The notes under the pieces were generated by a model. The model made no database searches and had not been told where the DNA came from. It worked only from the letters and a program-made list of their open reading frames with translations. Positions 46,365 to 55,247 of a stretch of 64,000 nucleotides of DNA are shown piece after piece. Positions within the stretch are counted from its first letter, which is position 1; each line of letters begins with the position of its first letter. The DNA comes from Bacteroidales bacterium. GTDB lineage: Bacteria; Bacteroidota; Bacteroidia; Bacteroidales; UBA932. Made by a program: the position numbers and the translations under genes. The stretch covers positions 46,407-110,406 of the forward strand of contig JAGDBO010000016.1 of assembly GCA_017959005.1 (NCBI GenBank), given 5' to 3'.

Positions 46365-48548
46365 ATGCGCAGAGTATCCATTCTGACATTACTGCTTTGT
46401 CTCCTCTTTGTCACAGAGGGCTATTCGCAAGCCTTTGAAAATGACAAAGATTCGCTGGTTCGTCTGGTTGAGGCAAAGGCTGTCAGACTGGTAGACAGAG
46501 GTGGGGCTCCCTTCAGAGAAGTTAAGGGTCCCGCCCGTTTTCTTCATAACAACACATACCTTCTCTGTGACTCCGCCTCCTGGGATGTAAATGCCAACGT
46601 AATTGAGGCAATAGGTCACATTCAGATTATCCAGCAGGATACCTACCTGGAGAGTGATATTGTAACCTATCTTGCAGACGAGGGTGTTGCTCAGTTCAGA
46701 GGAACCATAGTAAAACTCTACAACAGAAAGGGAGACCAGCTCAAGACTAAGTTCCTGGATTACAACACAAGAGACAGCATTGCCACCTTCTTCAACGGCG
46801 GTGCTATGCGTTCAGCAAAGGGAGATATTGTAGAGGGAGATGAAGGCCGTTATATATCTGAAACACGCACCTTCTCCTTTACGGACAATGTGCAGATGTA
46901 CTCAGACTCCATCTTTGTAAGTTCTTCATTTGCAGATTATAATTCAGACCATGAATGTGCGGACTTTGGCTTCAGAACCGTTGCCTGGAAGGGGAGAGAT
47001 ACTCTCTACTCCAACCACGCTCAGTACATTGTAAGAGGGGAGACCCTCTCTTTAATGGAGAACAACTACATTGCTTCAGAGAATCAGGAACTCTGGGCCG
47101 GACTGATTGATTATCACCGTAGTACAGGTAATGCGGAACTCTACAACAACGTTCAGATAAGAGACAACGAGAACTCCTCCATTCTTATGGGAGACAAGGG
47201 TGTTATGGTTCAAAACCCATTCCTCGCCTACCTTACGGATAGGGCTGCAGCTGCAATGTTCTCAGAGGAGAAGACCGGTGTAGATTCCCTTACTCAAGAG
47301 CCTATCTACAAGAGAGATACATTATTCCTTGGCGGAGATACCCTTAAGATGTGGATGATTCCTATGTATCAGATAGATTCCAACGAGGTCTCCAACGCTC
47401 TGGAAAGACGCAAGTTGGCAGATACGGATCCTATCATTGATATAGACAAGGCTAACAGAGAGTACCTTGCAGCATATAAGAAGAACAAGGAACTTATTGG
47501 AAAGGTAAAACCACCTGAGCCTAAGCAACCGGTTAAAGATCAGGAGCCTGCAGACGGTATGCAACTGACTGACGGTCCACAGAAACCAACATTTATTGGT
47601 AAAGATAAGCAAATCACAGCCGGCAAGGACAGCACACTTGTTGGCGCAGATTCTTTAAAGACAGCACTTTTGAAGGACTCCCTTGCCGTACAGACAGACT
47701 CGGTAGAGGTTCAGAAGGACACCACAAAGATTACATTCATAAGCGTCTTCCATAATGTCAAACTCTTCAGGAGTGATCTGAGAGGCGTCTGTGACTCCCT
47801 CATTTACACCTCTATAGACAGTATTGCCCGTTTCTACAAAAATCCTGCTCTCTGGAATGAGGAGAAGACACAGTTCACTGCAGACAGCATCCAACTCTCC
47901 GTCAGAAACAATGCCATCTATAAGGCCAACTTAATAGAGAACGCCTTCATCATATCTGAAGAGGACTCCATTCATTTCAACCAGATTAAGAGTACAGAGA
48001 TGGTTGCCTACTTTAAAGATAATGATGTCTACAGATTTGACGCATTGGGTGGAGTTCAGGCAATGATATTCCTCAGGGAGAAAGACAGCAGCGTCACCCT
48101 TATGAACCACAAGGAGTGCCGCCTTCTAACTTCCAGAATGGCAAACAATACCATTGAGAGAGTACGTTACATTGAGAACGTTAAGAGTGATATCCATCCA
48201 ACATATAATCTCCCTATTGAGAAGATGCGTCTGAGAGATTTCAAATGGAGGGCGGATGAGGTTCCAACGAGCCGCAACGTTGTAACGGACAGAAAGGTAC
48301 TGAACTCCAACAGGGGCTTCCTCTCCGGATTCGTATTCCCTAAATATCCACAGACAAAACTCTTCTTCCCGGACTCATATGAGACTATAACCAATCTTTC
48401 AAAAGAGATAGACCAGAAGATTCATCAGGAGAATCAAAAGAGAGAGGAGCAAGAGCGTATGGACCAGGAACAGAGGAGAATAGAACAGCACAGAAAAGCC
48501 CTGGACCAGGAGGGCAAAGACCAGATGAGAACAGAGGAGGCAAAATGA
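46365..48548 (+). CDS. OstA-like (LptD N-terminal-like) periplasmic protein with charged C-terminal tail
   Basis: Start taken at MRRVSILTLLLCLLFVTEGYSQ (ATG 46365). Repeated OstA-like beta segments. Assigned from gene context and memory. Confidence 0.55.
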   Translation: MRRVSILTLLLCLLFVTEGYSQAFENDKDSLVRLVEAKAVRLVDRGGAPFREVKGPARFLHNNTYLLCDSASWDVNANVIEAIGHIQIIQQDTYLESDIVTYLADEGVAQFRGTIVKLYNRKGDQLKTKFLDYNTRDSIATFFNGGAMRSAKGDIVEGDEGRYISETRTFSFTDNVQMYSDSIFVSSSFADYNSDHECADFGFRTVAWKGRDTLYSNHAQYIVRGETLSLMENNYIASENQELWAGLIDYHRSTGNAELYNNVQIRDNENSSILMGDKGVMVQNPFLAYLTDRAAAAMFSEEKTGVDSLTQEPIYKRDTLFLGGDTLKMWMIPMYQIDSNEVSNALERRKLADTDPIIDIDKANREYLAAYKKNKELIGKVKPPEPKQPVKDQEPADGMQLTDGPQKPTFIGKDKQITAGKDSTLVGADSLKTALLKDSLAVQTDSVEVQKDTTKITFISVFHNVKLFRSDLRGVCDSLIYTSIDSIARFYKNPALWNEEKTQFTADSIQLSVRNNAIYKANLIENAFIISEEDSIHFNQIKSTEMVAYFKDNDVYRFDALGGVQAMIFLREKDSSVTLMNHKECRLLTSRMANNTIERVRYIENVKSDIHPTYNLPIEKMRLRDFKWRADEVPTSRNVVTDRKVLNSNRGFLSGFVFPKYPQTKLFFPDSYETITNLSKEIDQKIHQENQKREEQERMDQEQRRIEQHRKALDQEGKDQMRTEEAK

Positions 48549-49423
48549 GACACATTGCAACATACATACTTCTTGTGCTTCTTTTGACATTCGTTCCTCA
48601 GATTGCACAGTGCCAGAGCCACACGGACAAGAAAGAGATAGAGCAGATTAAACGCTCTAACCCATTCAAAGAGAAGGCGGTAAAACGTTATGTGAAAGAC
48701 AGTATGGATCTTCTGGTTGCAAGATGCGAGATTGTTCTCAAGGCTGCCTACATGGCGCAGGAGTATGTTGCAACTCATTATGACATACCGGGTTGGGAGG
48801 GCTTTCCAGTTAAAGAGTACACCTACTACACAGGCAAAGATGTAAAGACCGGCAGACCAAAGAAGGGTAGGGTATATCTCTTAATGCCTACAGCAAAGCA
48901 ACTTGCCTACTGGGTTATTTCTGCCTGCTGGAAAACGGTACACTCTTTAGACTATGTTTACACAAATACTCTTTTGAGATTTATCCGTTGGCAAAGCGGC
49001 GCTCAGTTTGCCGTAAGAGGAGTTGTCTATGAAGCTATGTATACTGCCGGCTATTATGAACCTTATGTTTTTAAAGACGGCATAACAGTCTATGTTGCAG
49101 ACCCTAAGATGAAGGCTACAGATGAGGTGATGGCAGAGTGTTCAGAAGAACAGTTGGAGTTTTACCTGCATCTTACAGACAACGATCTTAAACCTTACAC
49201 CGGCCGTTTTGCCCGTATCTGTTCCACCACAAGAGAGATGTACTACAATTGGGGCGGAACAACTGCTGTAGGTTCAAGTGATTTCAGAGAGGGACGCACA
49301 CTGGATTTTCTTCCGGTCATCAGAGAGCTTTATAAGAAGGCGCTTAAGTCTAAAGACAATGAACTTATAGATGCCTGGTGTAATGAACATTTGGCAGATT
49401 ACCCTTTTAAAGGCAGAGACTGA
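48545..49423 (+). CDS. Secreted hypothetical protein
   Basis: 292 aa with a signal peptide. ATGA overlap with the upstream gene and 1-nt overlap with the downstream gene. Confidence 0.5.
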   Translation: MRHIATYILLVLLLTFVPQIAQCQSHTDKKEIEQIKRSNPFKEKAVKRYVKDSMDLLVARCEIVLKAAYMAQEYVATHYDIPGWEGFPVKEYTYYTGKDVKTGRPKKGRVYLLMPTAKQLAYWVISACWKTVHSLDYVYTNTLLRFIRWQSGAQFAVRGVVYEAMYTAGYYEPYVFKDGITVYVADPKMKATDEVMAECSEEQLEFYLHLTDNDLKPYTGRFARICSTTREMYYNWGGTTAVGSSDFREGRTLDFLPVIRELYKKALKSKDNELIDAWCNEHLADYPFKGRD

Positions 49424-49917
49424 TGACAACCTGTTTAATCATACTGGCCGTTATTCTGGGATTTGTAGGACTCATAGGTTGCGTACTTCCAGTACTCCCC
49501 GGTCCTCCAATCAGTTGGGTTGGTATGCTCCTTATCTACATCTTCAGCAACGGTACCAACTCAGACGGTGAGCCAATGTCCACCCGCATGCTCATTATCT
49601 GGCTGATCATCACCATTGCTGTAACCATACTGGACTACATTGTACCCTCTTGGGTTACAAGAAAAACCGGCGGCAGCGTCTACGCCTCCAGAGGAGCACT
49701 GGCCGGCCTTCTGCTGGGTCTTTTTGTTCCCCCGATAGGTATTCTCATAGGCCCTGTACTCGGCGCCCTCCTTGCAGAACTTGCCCTAGCCGGCAAGAAC
49801 CTCAACCAGTCCATCAAGCCCGCCCTCGGTGCCTTCCTGGGCGTTATGTGCGGCACCGGCCTCAAGCTCATAGCCAGCGGCTTCATGCTCTACTACATCT
49901 TCGTCTACCTCCGCTAA
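49423..49917 (+). CDS. DUF456 family membrane protein
   Basis: 164 aa. ...GFVGLIGCVLPVLPGPPISWVGML... and four TM segments. Confidence 0.65.
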   Translation: MTTCLIILAVILGFVGLIGCVLPVLPGPPISWVGMLLIYIFSNGTNSDGEPMSTRMLIIWLIITIAVTILDYIVPSWVTRKTGGSVYASRGALAGLLLGLFVPPIGILIGPVLGALLAELALAGKNLNQSIKPALGAFLGVMCGTGLKLIASGFMLYYIFVYLR

Positions 49918-49941
49918 CCCTATATTTTATAAAGATTTATG

Positions 49942-49971
49942 TCATTTTGCAGTAAGTTTATTGCAAAATGA
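49942..49971. promoter_or_regulatory. Perfect 10-bp inverted repeat upstream of the antitoxin gene (operator or DUF456 terminator)
   Basis: TCATTTTGCA-N10-TGCAAAATGA, located 12 nt upstream of the TATATTTG box. Confidence 0.45.
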
Positions 49972-49982
49972 TGTAAATTTTC

Positions 49983-49990
49983 TATATTTG
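49983..49990 (+). promoter_or_regulatory. Candidate -7 promoter box (TATATTTG) for the DinJ-PIN-HTH module
   Basis: TAnnTTTG match 28 nt upstream of ATG 50018. Confidence 0.45.
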
Positions 49991-50017
49991 CACCTAGGAT
50001 AACAACACACACACACT

Positions 50018-50308
50018 ATGGCACAAGTTTCAATGACAGTTCGGATGGATTCCGGTTTAAAAGCATCTTTTGATTCGCTATGTTCGCAATTCGGCATGAG
50101 TGCGAACACTGCTATGAACATTTTTGCTAGGGCTGTTGTCCAACGTGGGAAGATTCCTTTTGAGATTCACGGAGACGAGGAGGAGTCTTTATCTGAAGGT
50201 TACAAAGCTTATAGGAAAATCAGAGCATTAGCTGAATCCGGCGCTTTTCCGGAAATGAGTCTGGAGGAAATAAACAAGGAGATAGCTAATGTACGAAAGA
50301 AAGAATGA
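50018..50308 (+). CDS. RelB/DinJ family type II antitoxin
   Basis: 96 aa. MTVRMDSGLKASFDSLCSQFGMSANTAMNIFARAVVQRGKIPFEI is a typical RHH DinJ N-terminus. Confidence 0.75.
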   Translation: MAQVSMTVRMDSGLKASFDSLCSQFGMSANTAMNIFARAVVQRGKIPFEIHGDEEESLSEGYKAYRKIRALAESGAFPEMSLEEINKEIANVRKKE

Positions 50309-50732
50309 CCTATTTGCTGTAGTAGACACTAATGTAATTGTCTCAGGATTAATTTCTAGCAACAAGGCCTCAGCCGTAGTTCTGGTCTTTGAAGCGGTTA
50401 TGGTTGGTATCATAACCCCTGTCTTCAATAATGAGATTCTAGCAGAATATGCCGAGGTTCTTAATAGAGATAAGTTCTGTTTACCCAAAGACTTAGTAAG
50501 TAAAACTTTAAAGGAGATACAAGAAAAAGGTGTCTCCTCAGAGAGAGTAAAATCTCAAGATTTGTTTGAGGATGAAAATGATAGAGTTTTTTATGAAGTT
50601 GTCCTTAGTAAACAAGATGCTTACTTGGTTACAGGGAATAAAAAACATTTCCCTCAAACATTTCAAGTTGTAACTCCGGCAGAGATGTTGGATATTTTGA
50701 ATCAAACAAACGGAGATATCACTAAAAATTGA
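50289..50732 (+). CDS. PIN-domain toxin (TIGR00305/PIN_3 type)
   Basis: 147 aa. VVDTNVIVSGLIS..., ILAEYAEVL and YLVTGNKKHF. 20-nt overlap with the antitoxin gene. Confidence 0.75.
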   Translation: MYERKNDLFAVVDTNVIVSGLISSNKASAVVLVFEAVMVGIITPVFNNEILAEYAEVLNRDKFCLPKDLVSKTLKEIQEKGVSSERVKSQDLFEDENDRVFYEVVLSKQDAYLVTGNKKHFPQTFQVVTPAEMLDILNQTNGDITKN

Positions 50733-50738
50733 GCATAA

Positions 50739-51386
50739 ATGGTATACGCTTACAAAGATTATTACCTGGATGATGTAATGTCCAACATGGGATCCATGAT
50801 GGACTACGCCGTTAATGTCTGCGGTGAGGAGCCGGAGTTGTTTTATGCACGCTTTCTGGCGAGCGGAATAGATACTCAGATTGTTAACGGCAATCCTCGT
50901 TATCTGGCCGGAATGTCTGGAATAGACCTTGCCTTAAAGGTTGCCTCACTCACAGGTGATAGCCTCCCATGCAAAGAATGTATGATTAATATGGGAAGCC
51001 CTGAGTATTGGTTCGGAAGTACAATGGCATACATCCAGTGGTATTTGAATGTTAGCTTTAAGACGCTTAATGACAGGGGTTTTCACTTCAAAAACTTATA
51101 TGAAAAGTATCCAACATTGCATGAAGCGGATATAACAAAGTCCCTTTATTATGCGGTTGATTTAATGAATCGGAATAAAGAAAACCGTCTTAAGCACCTC
51201 AGAAAAAGAGCTTCTCTAACACAAAAAGAACTCTCAGATATTACGGGAATAAATATCAGAACCATAAGAGCATACGAACAAGGACAACTTAGCTTAGACA
51301 AAGCTTCAGCCCGCAGCATACTTGATATCTGCAAAGTGATAGGCTGCTCCCCGGAAGACCTCCTTCCTCTGAAAAAATTTAAGTAA
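50739..51386 (+). CDS. Protein with uncharacterised N-terminal domain and C-terminal XRE-type HTH
   Basis: 215 aa. C-terminal LKHLRKRASLTQKELSDITGINIRTIRAYEQGQ. Starts 6 nt after the PIN stop codon. Confidence 0.65.
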   Translation: MVYAYKDYYLDDVMSNMGSMMDYAVNVCGEEPELFYARFLASGIDTQIVNGNPRYLAGMSGIDLALKVASLTGDSLPCKECMINMGSPEYWFGSTMAYIQWYLNVSFKTLNDRGFHFKNLYEKYPTLHEADITKSLYYAVDLMNRNKENRLKHLRKRASLTQKELSDITGINIRTIRAYEQGQLSLDKASARSILDICKVIGCSPEDLLPLKKFK

Positions 51387-51437
51387 TTTGAGTATTATTT
51401 TTATCAATAATCATTGTTGTAGAACCTTCTGGGCTGG

Positions 51438-51547
51438 TTTTCATTGCGAAAAAAGCGCAACACAATTTTCGCAACATGTTTTTCGCAACGAGATTTTTCA
51501 TTACGTAGATTACGTTACGTAAAGTACGTAATGTATTTGACGTAATG
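51438..51547. repeat. Dense array of short direct and inverted repeats (GCAAC and ACGTAA(TG) units, 14-bp phasing)
   Basis: The C of GCAAC ends at 51461, 51475 and 51489. There are five ACGT cores in 51503-51543. CATTACGTA (51499-507) is inverted to TACGTAATG (51525-533). ACGTAATG repeats at 51526 and 51540. Confidence 0.7.
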
Positions 51548-51582
51548 AGGGGGAGGATTGCTTATAGCCCATATATTTTAGT

Positions 51583-51590
51583 TATCTTTG
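51583..51590 (+). promoter_or_regulatory. Candidate -7 promoter box (TATCTTTG) for the rfb operon
   Basis: TAnnTTTG match 28 nt upstream of ATG 51618. Confidence 0.45.
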
Positions 51591-51617
51591 CACAAATGTG
51601 AAAGAATCAAAGTGATT

Positions 51618-52754
51618 ATGAGTTATAAGAGAGCTATTATCATTACAGGCGGTGCGGGCTTTATTGGAAGTCACGTGGTACGTCTGTTTGTAAACAAGTA
51701 TCCTGAGTATAGGATCATTAATCTGGATAAACTTACATACGCCGGCAATCTGGCAAACCTGAAGGACATAGAGGATAAGCCAAACTATAGGTTTGTGAAG
51801 ATGGATATTTGTGACTTTGAGGGCGTTCTGAATCTGATGAAAGAGGAGAATGTAGACGGAGTTATTCATCTTGCAGCGGAGAGCCACGTAGACAGAAGTA
51901 TTAAGGATCCGTTCACTTTTGCTCAGACAAACGTGATGGGAACTCTCTCAATGCTTCAGGCGGCTAAGGCTTGCTGGGAGCCAAAGAAATATGAGGGCTG
52001 CAGATTCTACCATATCTCTACGGATGAAGTTTACGGAGCACTTGAAATGACTAACCCGGAGGGAATTAAGCCTCCGTTCACAACCAAGGCAAGTTCCGGC
52101 AAACACCATCTTGCATACGGAGAGAAGTTCTTTACCGAGGATCTGAAGTACCAGCCTCACTCTCCGTACAGCGCAGCAAAGGCAAGTTCAGACCACTTTG
52201 TACGTGCCTTCCATGATACGTTCGGAATGCCTACAATTGTGACAAACTGCTCAAACAACTACGGACCTTACCAGTTCCCTGAGAAGTTGATACCTCTCTT
52301 TATCAACAATATCCGTCACCGCAAACCTCTGCCTGTATATGGCAAGGGAGAGAACGTAAGAGATTGGCTCTACGTTGAGGATCACGCCCGTGCAATAGAT
52401 CTGATTTTCCATAAGGGTAAGATTGCAGAAACCTACAACATTGGAGGATTCAACGAGTGGAAGAACATAGATATCATTAAGGTTGTTATCAATACCGTAG
52501 ACCGTCTGCTTGGTAGACCGGAAGGTGCTGATATGGACCTTATTACATACGTTACAGACCGTGCGGGACATGACTTGCGTTATGCAATTGACAGTTCTAA
52601 ACTTCAGAAAGAACTGGGTTGGGAACCATCTTTGCAGTTTGAAGAGGGAATTGAAAAGACCGTTAAATGGTATCTGGAGAATCAGGCCTGGATGGACAAC
52701 GTAACTTCCGGTGATTACCAGAAGTACTATGATGAAATGTACAAAAACAGATAA
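51618..52754 (+). CDS. rfbB: dTDP-glucose 4,6-dehydratase
   Basis: Start at MSYKRAIIITGGAGFIGSH (ATG 51618). YSAAKASSDH (YxxxK). Confidence 0.9.
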   Translation: MSYKRAIIITGGAGFIGSHVVRLFVNKYPEYRIINLDKLTYAGNLANLKDIEDKPNYRFVKMDICDFEGVLNLMKEENVDGVIHLAAESHVDRSIKDPFTFAQTNVMGTLSMLQAAKACWEPKKYEGCRFYHISTDEVYGALEMTNPEGIKPPFTTKASSGKHHLAYGEKFFTEDLKYQPHSPYSAAKASSDHFVRAFHDTFGMPTIVTNCSNNYGPYQFPEKLIPLFINNIRHRKPLPVYGKGENVRDWLYVEDHARAIDLIFHKGKIAETYNIGGFNEWKNIDIIKVVINTVDRLLGRPEGADMDLITYVTDRAGHDLRYAIDSSKLQKELGWEPSLQFEEGIEKTVKWYLENQAWMDNVTSGDYQKYYDEMYKNR

Positions 52755-52757
52755 ACA

Positions 52758-53669
52758 ATGAAAGGTATAGTTCTGGCAGGAGGCTCCGGCACAAGGCTTT
52801 ACCCAATTACCAAGGGCGTAAGCAAGCAGCTTCTTCCAATCTATGACAAGCCTATGATCTACTATCCGGTTAGCGTATTGATGCTGGCCGGCATACGTGA
52901 TATTCTCATTATCAGCACCCCGCAGGATCTGCCCGGATTTAAGAGGCTGATGGGAGACGGCTCAGACTTTGGAGTAAACTTCTCTTACGCAGAGCAGCCG
53001 TCACCGGACGGACTTGCTCAGGCATTCATCATAGGTAAAGAGTTCATTGGAGATGACTGCGCTTGTTTAGTGCTGGGAGACAACATCTTCCACGGTGCAG
53101 GCTTCAGTGCTCTTTTGAAGGATGCGGTTCAGTCTGCAGAGAAGGAGAATAAGGCTACCATATTCGGATACTGGGTGAGCGATCCGGAACGTTACGGAGT
53201 TGCAGAATTTGACAAGAACGGTAACTGTCTGAGTATTGAGGAGAAACCAAAGGAGCCAAAGAGCAACTATGCTGTTGTGGGTCTCTACTTCTACCCTAAC
53301 AAAGTTGTAGATGTTGCAGGCAGTATCAAACCTTCTGCAAGAGGAGAACTTGAAATCACCACGGTCAACCAGGAGTTCTTGAAGGCGGGAGAGCTTAAGG
53401 TTCAAACACTTGGAAGAGGCTTTGCATGGCTTGATACCGGAACACACGATTCTCTTGCCGAGGCAACTGCCTACATTGAAACCATAGAGAAACGTCAGGG
53501 CTTGAAAGTTGCCTGCCTTGAGGGTATTGCACTGCGCAAGGGGTGGATTACTCCGGAAAAGATGCGTGAGATTGCCAAGCCTATGCTTAAGAACCAGTAC
53601 GGACAGTACCTTGTTCGCATTGCAGATGAATTTGAAAAGAACGGTCCGCAGGATATTGATTCATTCTAA
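52758..53669 (+). CDS. rfbA: Glucose-1-phosphate thymidylyltransferase
   Basis: 303 aa. [13 protein letters not shown]. Confidence 0.95.
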   Translation: MKGIVLAGGSGTRLYPITKGVSKQLLPIYDKPMIYYPVSVLMLAGIRDILIISTPQDLPGFKRLMGDGSDFGVNFSYAEQPSPDGLAQAFIIGKEFIGDDCACLVLGDNIFHGAGFSALLKDAVQSAEKENKATIFGYWVSDPERYGVAEFDKNGNCLSIEEKPKEPKSNYAVVGLYFYPNKVVDVAGSIKPSARGELEITTVNQEFLKAGELKVQTLGRGFAWLDTGTHDSLAEATAYIETIEKRQGLKVACLEGIALRKGWITPEKMREIAKPMLKNQYGQYLVRIADEFEKNGPQDIDSF

Positions 53670-54245
53670 ATGATTGAGGTAATTAAAACGGCTATTGAAG
53701 ATGTCCTTGTGATTGAACCAAAGGTCTTTGGGGATGCAAGAGGATATTTCTTTGAGAGTTGGAGCCAGAGAGATTTTGACTCCGCAGTAAGACATATTGA
53801 TTTTGTTCAGGACAATGAGAGCAAGAGCAGTTACGGTGTGCTCCGCGGTCTTCATTTCCAGAAGGGGGAATTCTCTCAGAGCAAGATGGTTAGAGTAGTT
53901 AGGGGAAGGGTTATGGATGTTGCCGTAGATATAAGAAAAGGCTCTCCTACTTTTGGAAAATATGTTGCCGCTGAACTCTCCGGAGAGAATCACCGTCAGA
54001 TGTTTATTCCAAGAGGATTTGCTCACGGCTTTGTTGTCTTGAGTGAAGAGGCTGTGTTCCAGTACAAGTGTGACCGTCTATATAACCCTCAGGCAGAGGG
54101 TGCTATAGCCTGGAACGATCCCGCTTTGGGAATAGATTGGAAAGTAGATTTAAAAGATATTGTACTCTCTGAAAAGGATAAACATCATCCGCTTCTTAAA
54201 GATGCGCCTGAGTTGTTTGACTACAAAACAAACTATTACGAGTAA
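53670..54245 (+). CDS. rfbC: dTDP-4-dehydrorhamnose 3,5-epimerase
   Basis: 191 aa. GDARGYFFES and VLRGLHFQ. Confidence 0.95.
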   Translation: MIEVIKTAIEDVLVIEPKVFGDARGYFFESWSQRDFDSAVRHIDFVQDNESKSSYGVLRGLHFQKGEFSQSKMVRVVRGRVMDVAVDIRKGSPTFGKYVAAELSGENHRQMFIPRGFAHGFVVLSEEAVFQYKCDRLYNPQAEGAIAWNDPALGIDWKVDLKDIVLSEKDKHHPLLKDAPELFDYKTNYYE

Positions 54246-55234
54246 TGAAATCAGTATTGGTAACCGGAGCTAATGGGCAGCTGGGCAATGAATTGCGCCT
54301 GCTCTCTAAGGGGTTGCCATACAAGTTTGCTTTTACAGATGTTGTTCAGAGTGCAGATACAACAATTCTGGATATTACAGATATTGAGGCCATTAGAAAG
54401 ATTGTTGCAGAGAATAAAGTTGATGTTATAGTTAACTGCGCTGCCTTTACAAATGTAGATGCGGCAGAAGACAATGAAACTACAGCAGAGTTAATAAATT
54501 CAAAAGCAGTTGAAAACCTGGCTGTTGCAGCAAAGGAGAATAACGCTCTTCTGATTCACATAAGTACAGATTATGTTTTTGACGGAACATCCAAGACTCC
54601 ATATACTGAAGAGGATAAATGCAATCCAACGGGAGCATACGGAAGAACAAAACTCCACGGAGAAGAAGCTGTTAAGAGGGTTGGCTGCAAGAGCATAATC
54701 ATCAGAACTGCTTGGCTTTACAGCGAGTTCGGAAAGAACTTTGTGAAGACCATGCTCACCCTTACTTCAACAAAACCGGCCATCAAAGTTGTGAATGACC
54801 AGGTAGGAACTCCTACCTATGCTCTGGATTTGGCAAAGGTTATAGTGAAGTTCATCTCGATGGATTCAGATTCTCTTCTGGGAATCTATCACTTTAGTAA
54901 TGAGGGCGTTTGCTCCTGGTATGACTTTGCCGTAAAGATTGCCGCTCTTGCCGGAAACACTGAGTGTAAGATTAATCCGTGCCTCTCCTCCGAGTATCCG
55001 AGCAAAGTTAAACGCCCGGCCTATTCGGTTTTAGATAAGAGCAAAATCAAAATGGCTTTAAACATCACCATCCCCGCCTGGGAAGACTCCCTCGCTGCCT
55101 GTTTGGGTAAGAGGTACGAGGCACCAAGAAGTGAGATTCTGAATATGAACTCCGAAAGTATCATCTGTACAAGTCCTGAAAACTTTGGTAATCCGGAAGA
55201 TAGAGAAACCGTTGGAGATTGGGGGGATTTTTAA
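54245..55234 (+). CDS. rfbD: dTDP-4-dehydrorhamnose reductase with about 45-aa C-terminal extension
   Basis: 329 aa. VTGANGQLG and YGRTKLHGE (YxxxK). The sequence after ...WEDSLAACLGK looks like an extra tail. Confidence 0.85.
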   Translation: MKSVLVTGANGQLGNELRLLSKGLPYKFAFTDVVQSADTTILDITDIEAIRKIVAENKVDVIVNCAAFTNVDAAEDNETTAELINSKAVENLAVAAKENNALLIHISTDYVFDGTSKTPYTEEDKCNPTGAYGRTKLHGEEAVKRVGCKSIIIRTAWLYSEFGKNFVKTMLTLTSTKPAIKVVNDQVGTPTYALDLAKVIVKFISMDSDSLLGIYHFSNEGVCSWYDFAVKIAALAGNTECKINPCLSSEYPSKVKRPAYSVLDKSKIKMALNITIPAWEDSLAACLGKRYEAPRSEILNMNSESIICTSPENFGNPEDRETVGDWGDF

Positions 55235-55247
55235 AAAGGAGGGGATT

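Noticed and set aside
50005-50016. (AC)6 microsatellite ending 1 nt before the antitoxin ATG, as a possible slipped-strand phase-variation switch.
   Set aside because: Six dinucleotide units is short for efficient slippage. The run is in the 5' UTR, not in a reading frame or between promoter elements. It is kept only as a remark in the TA finding.
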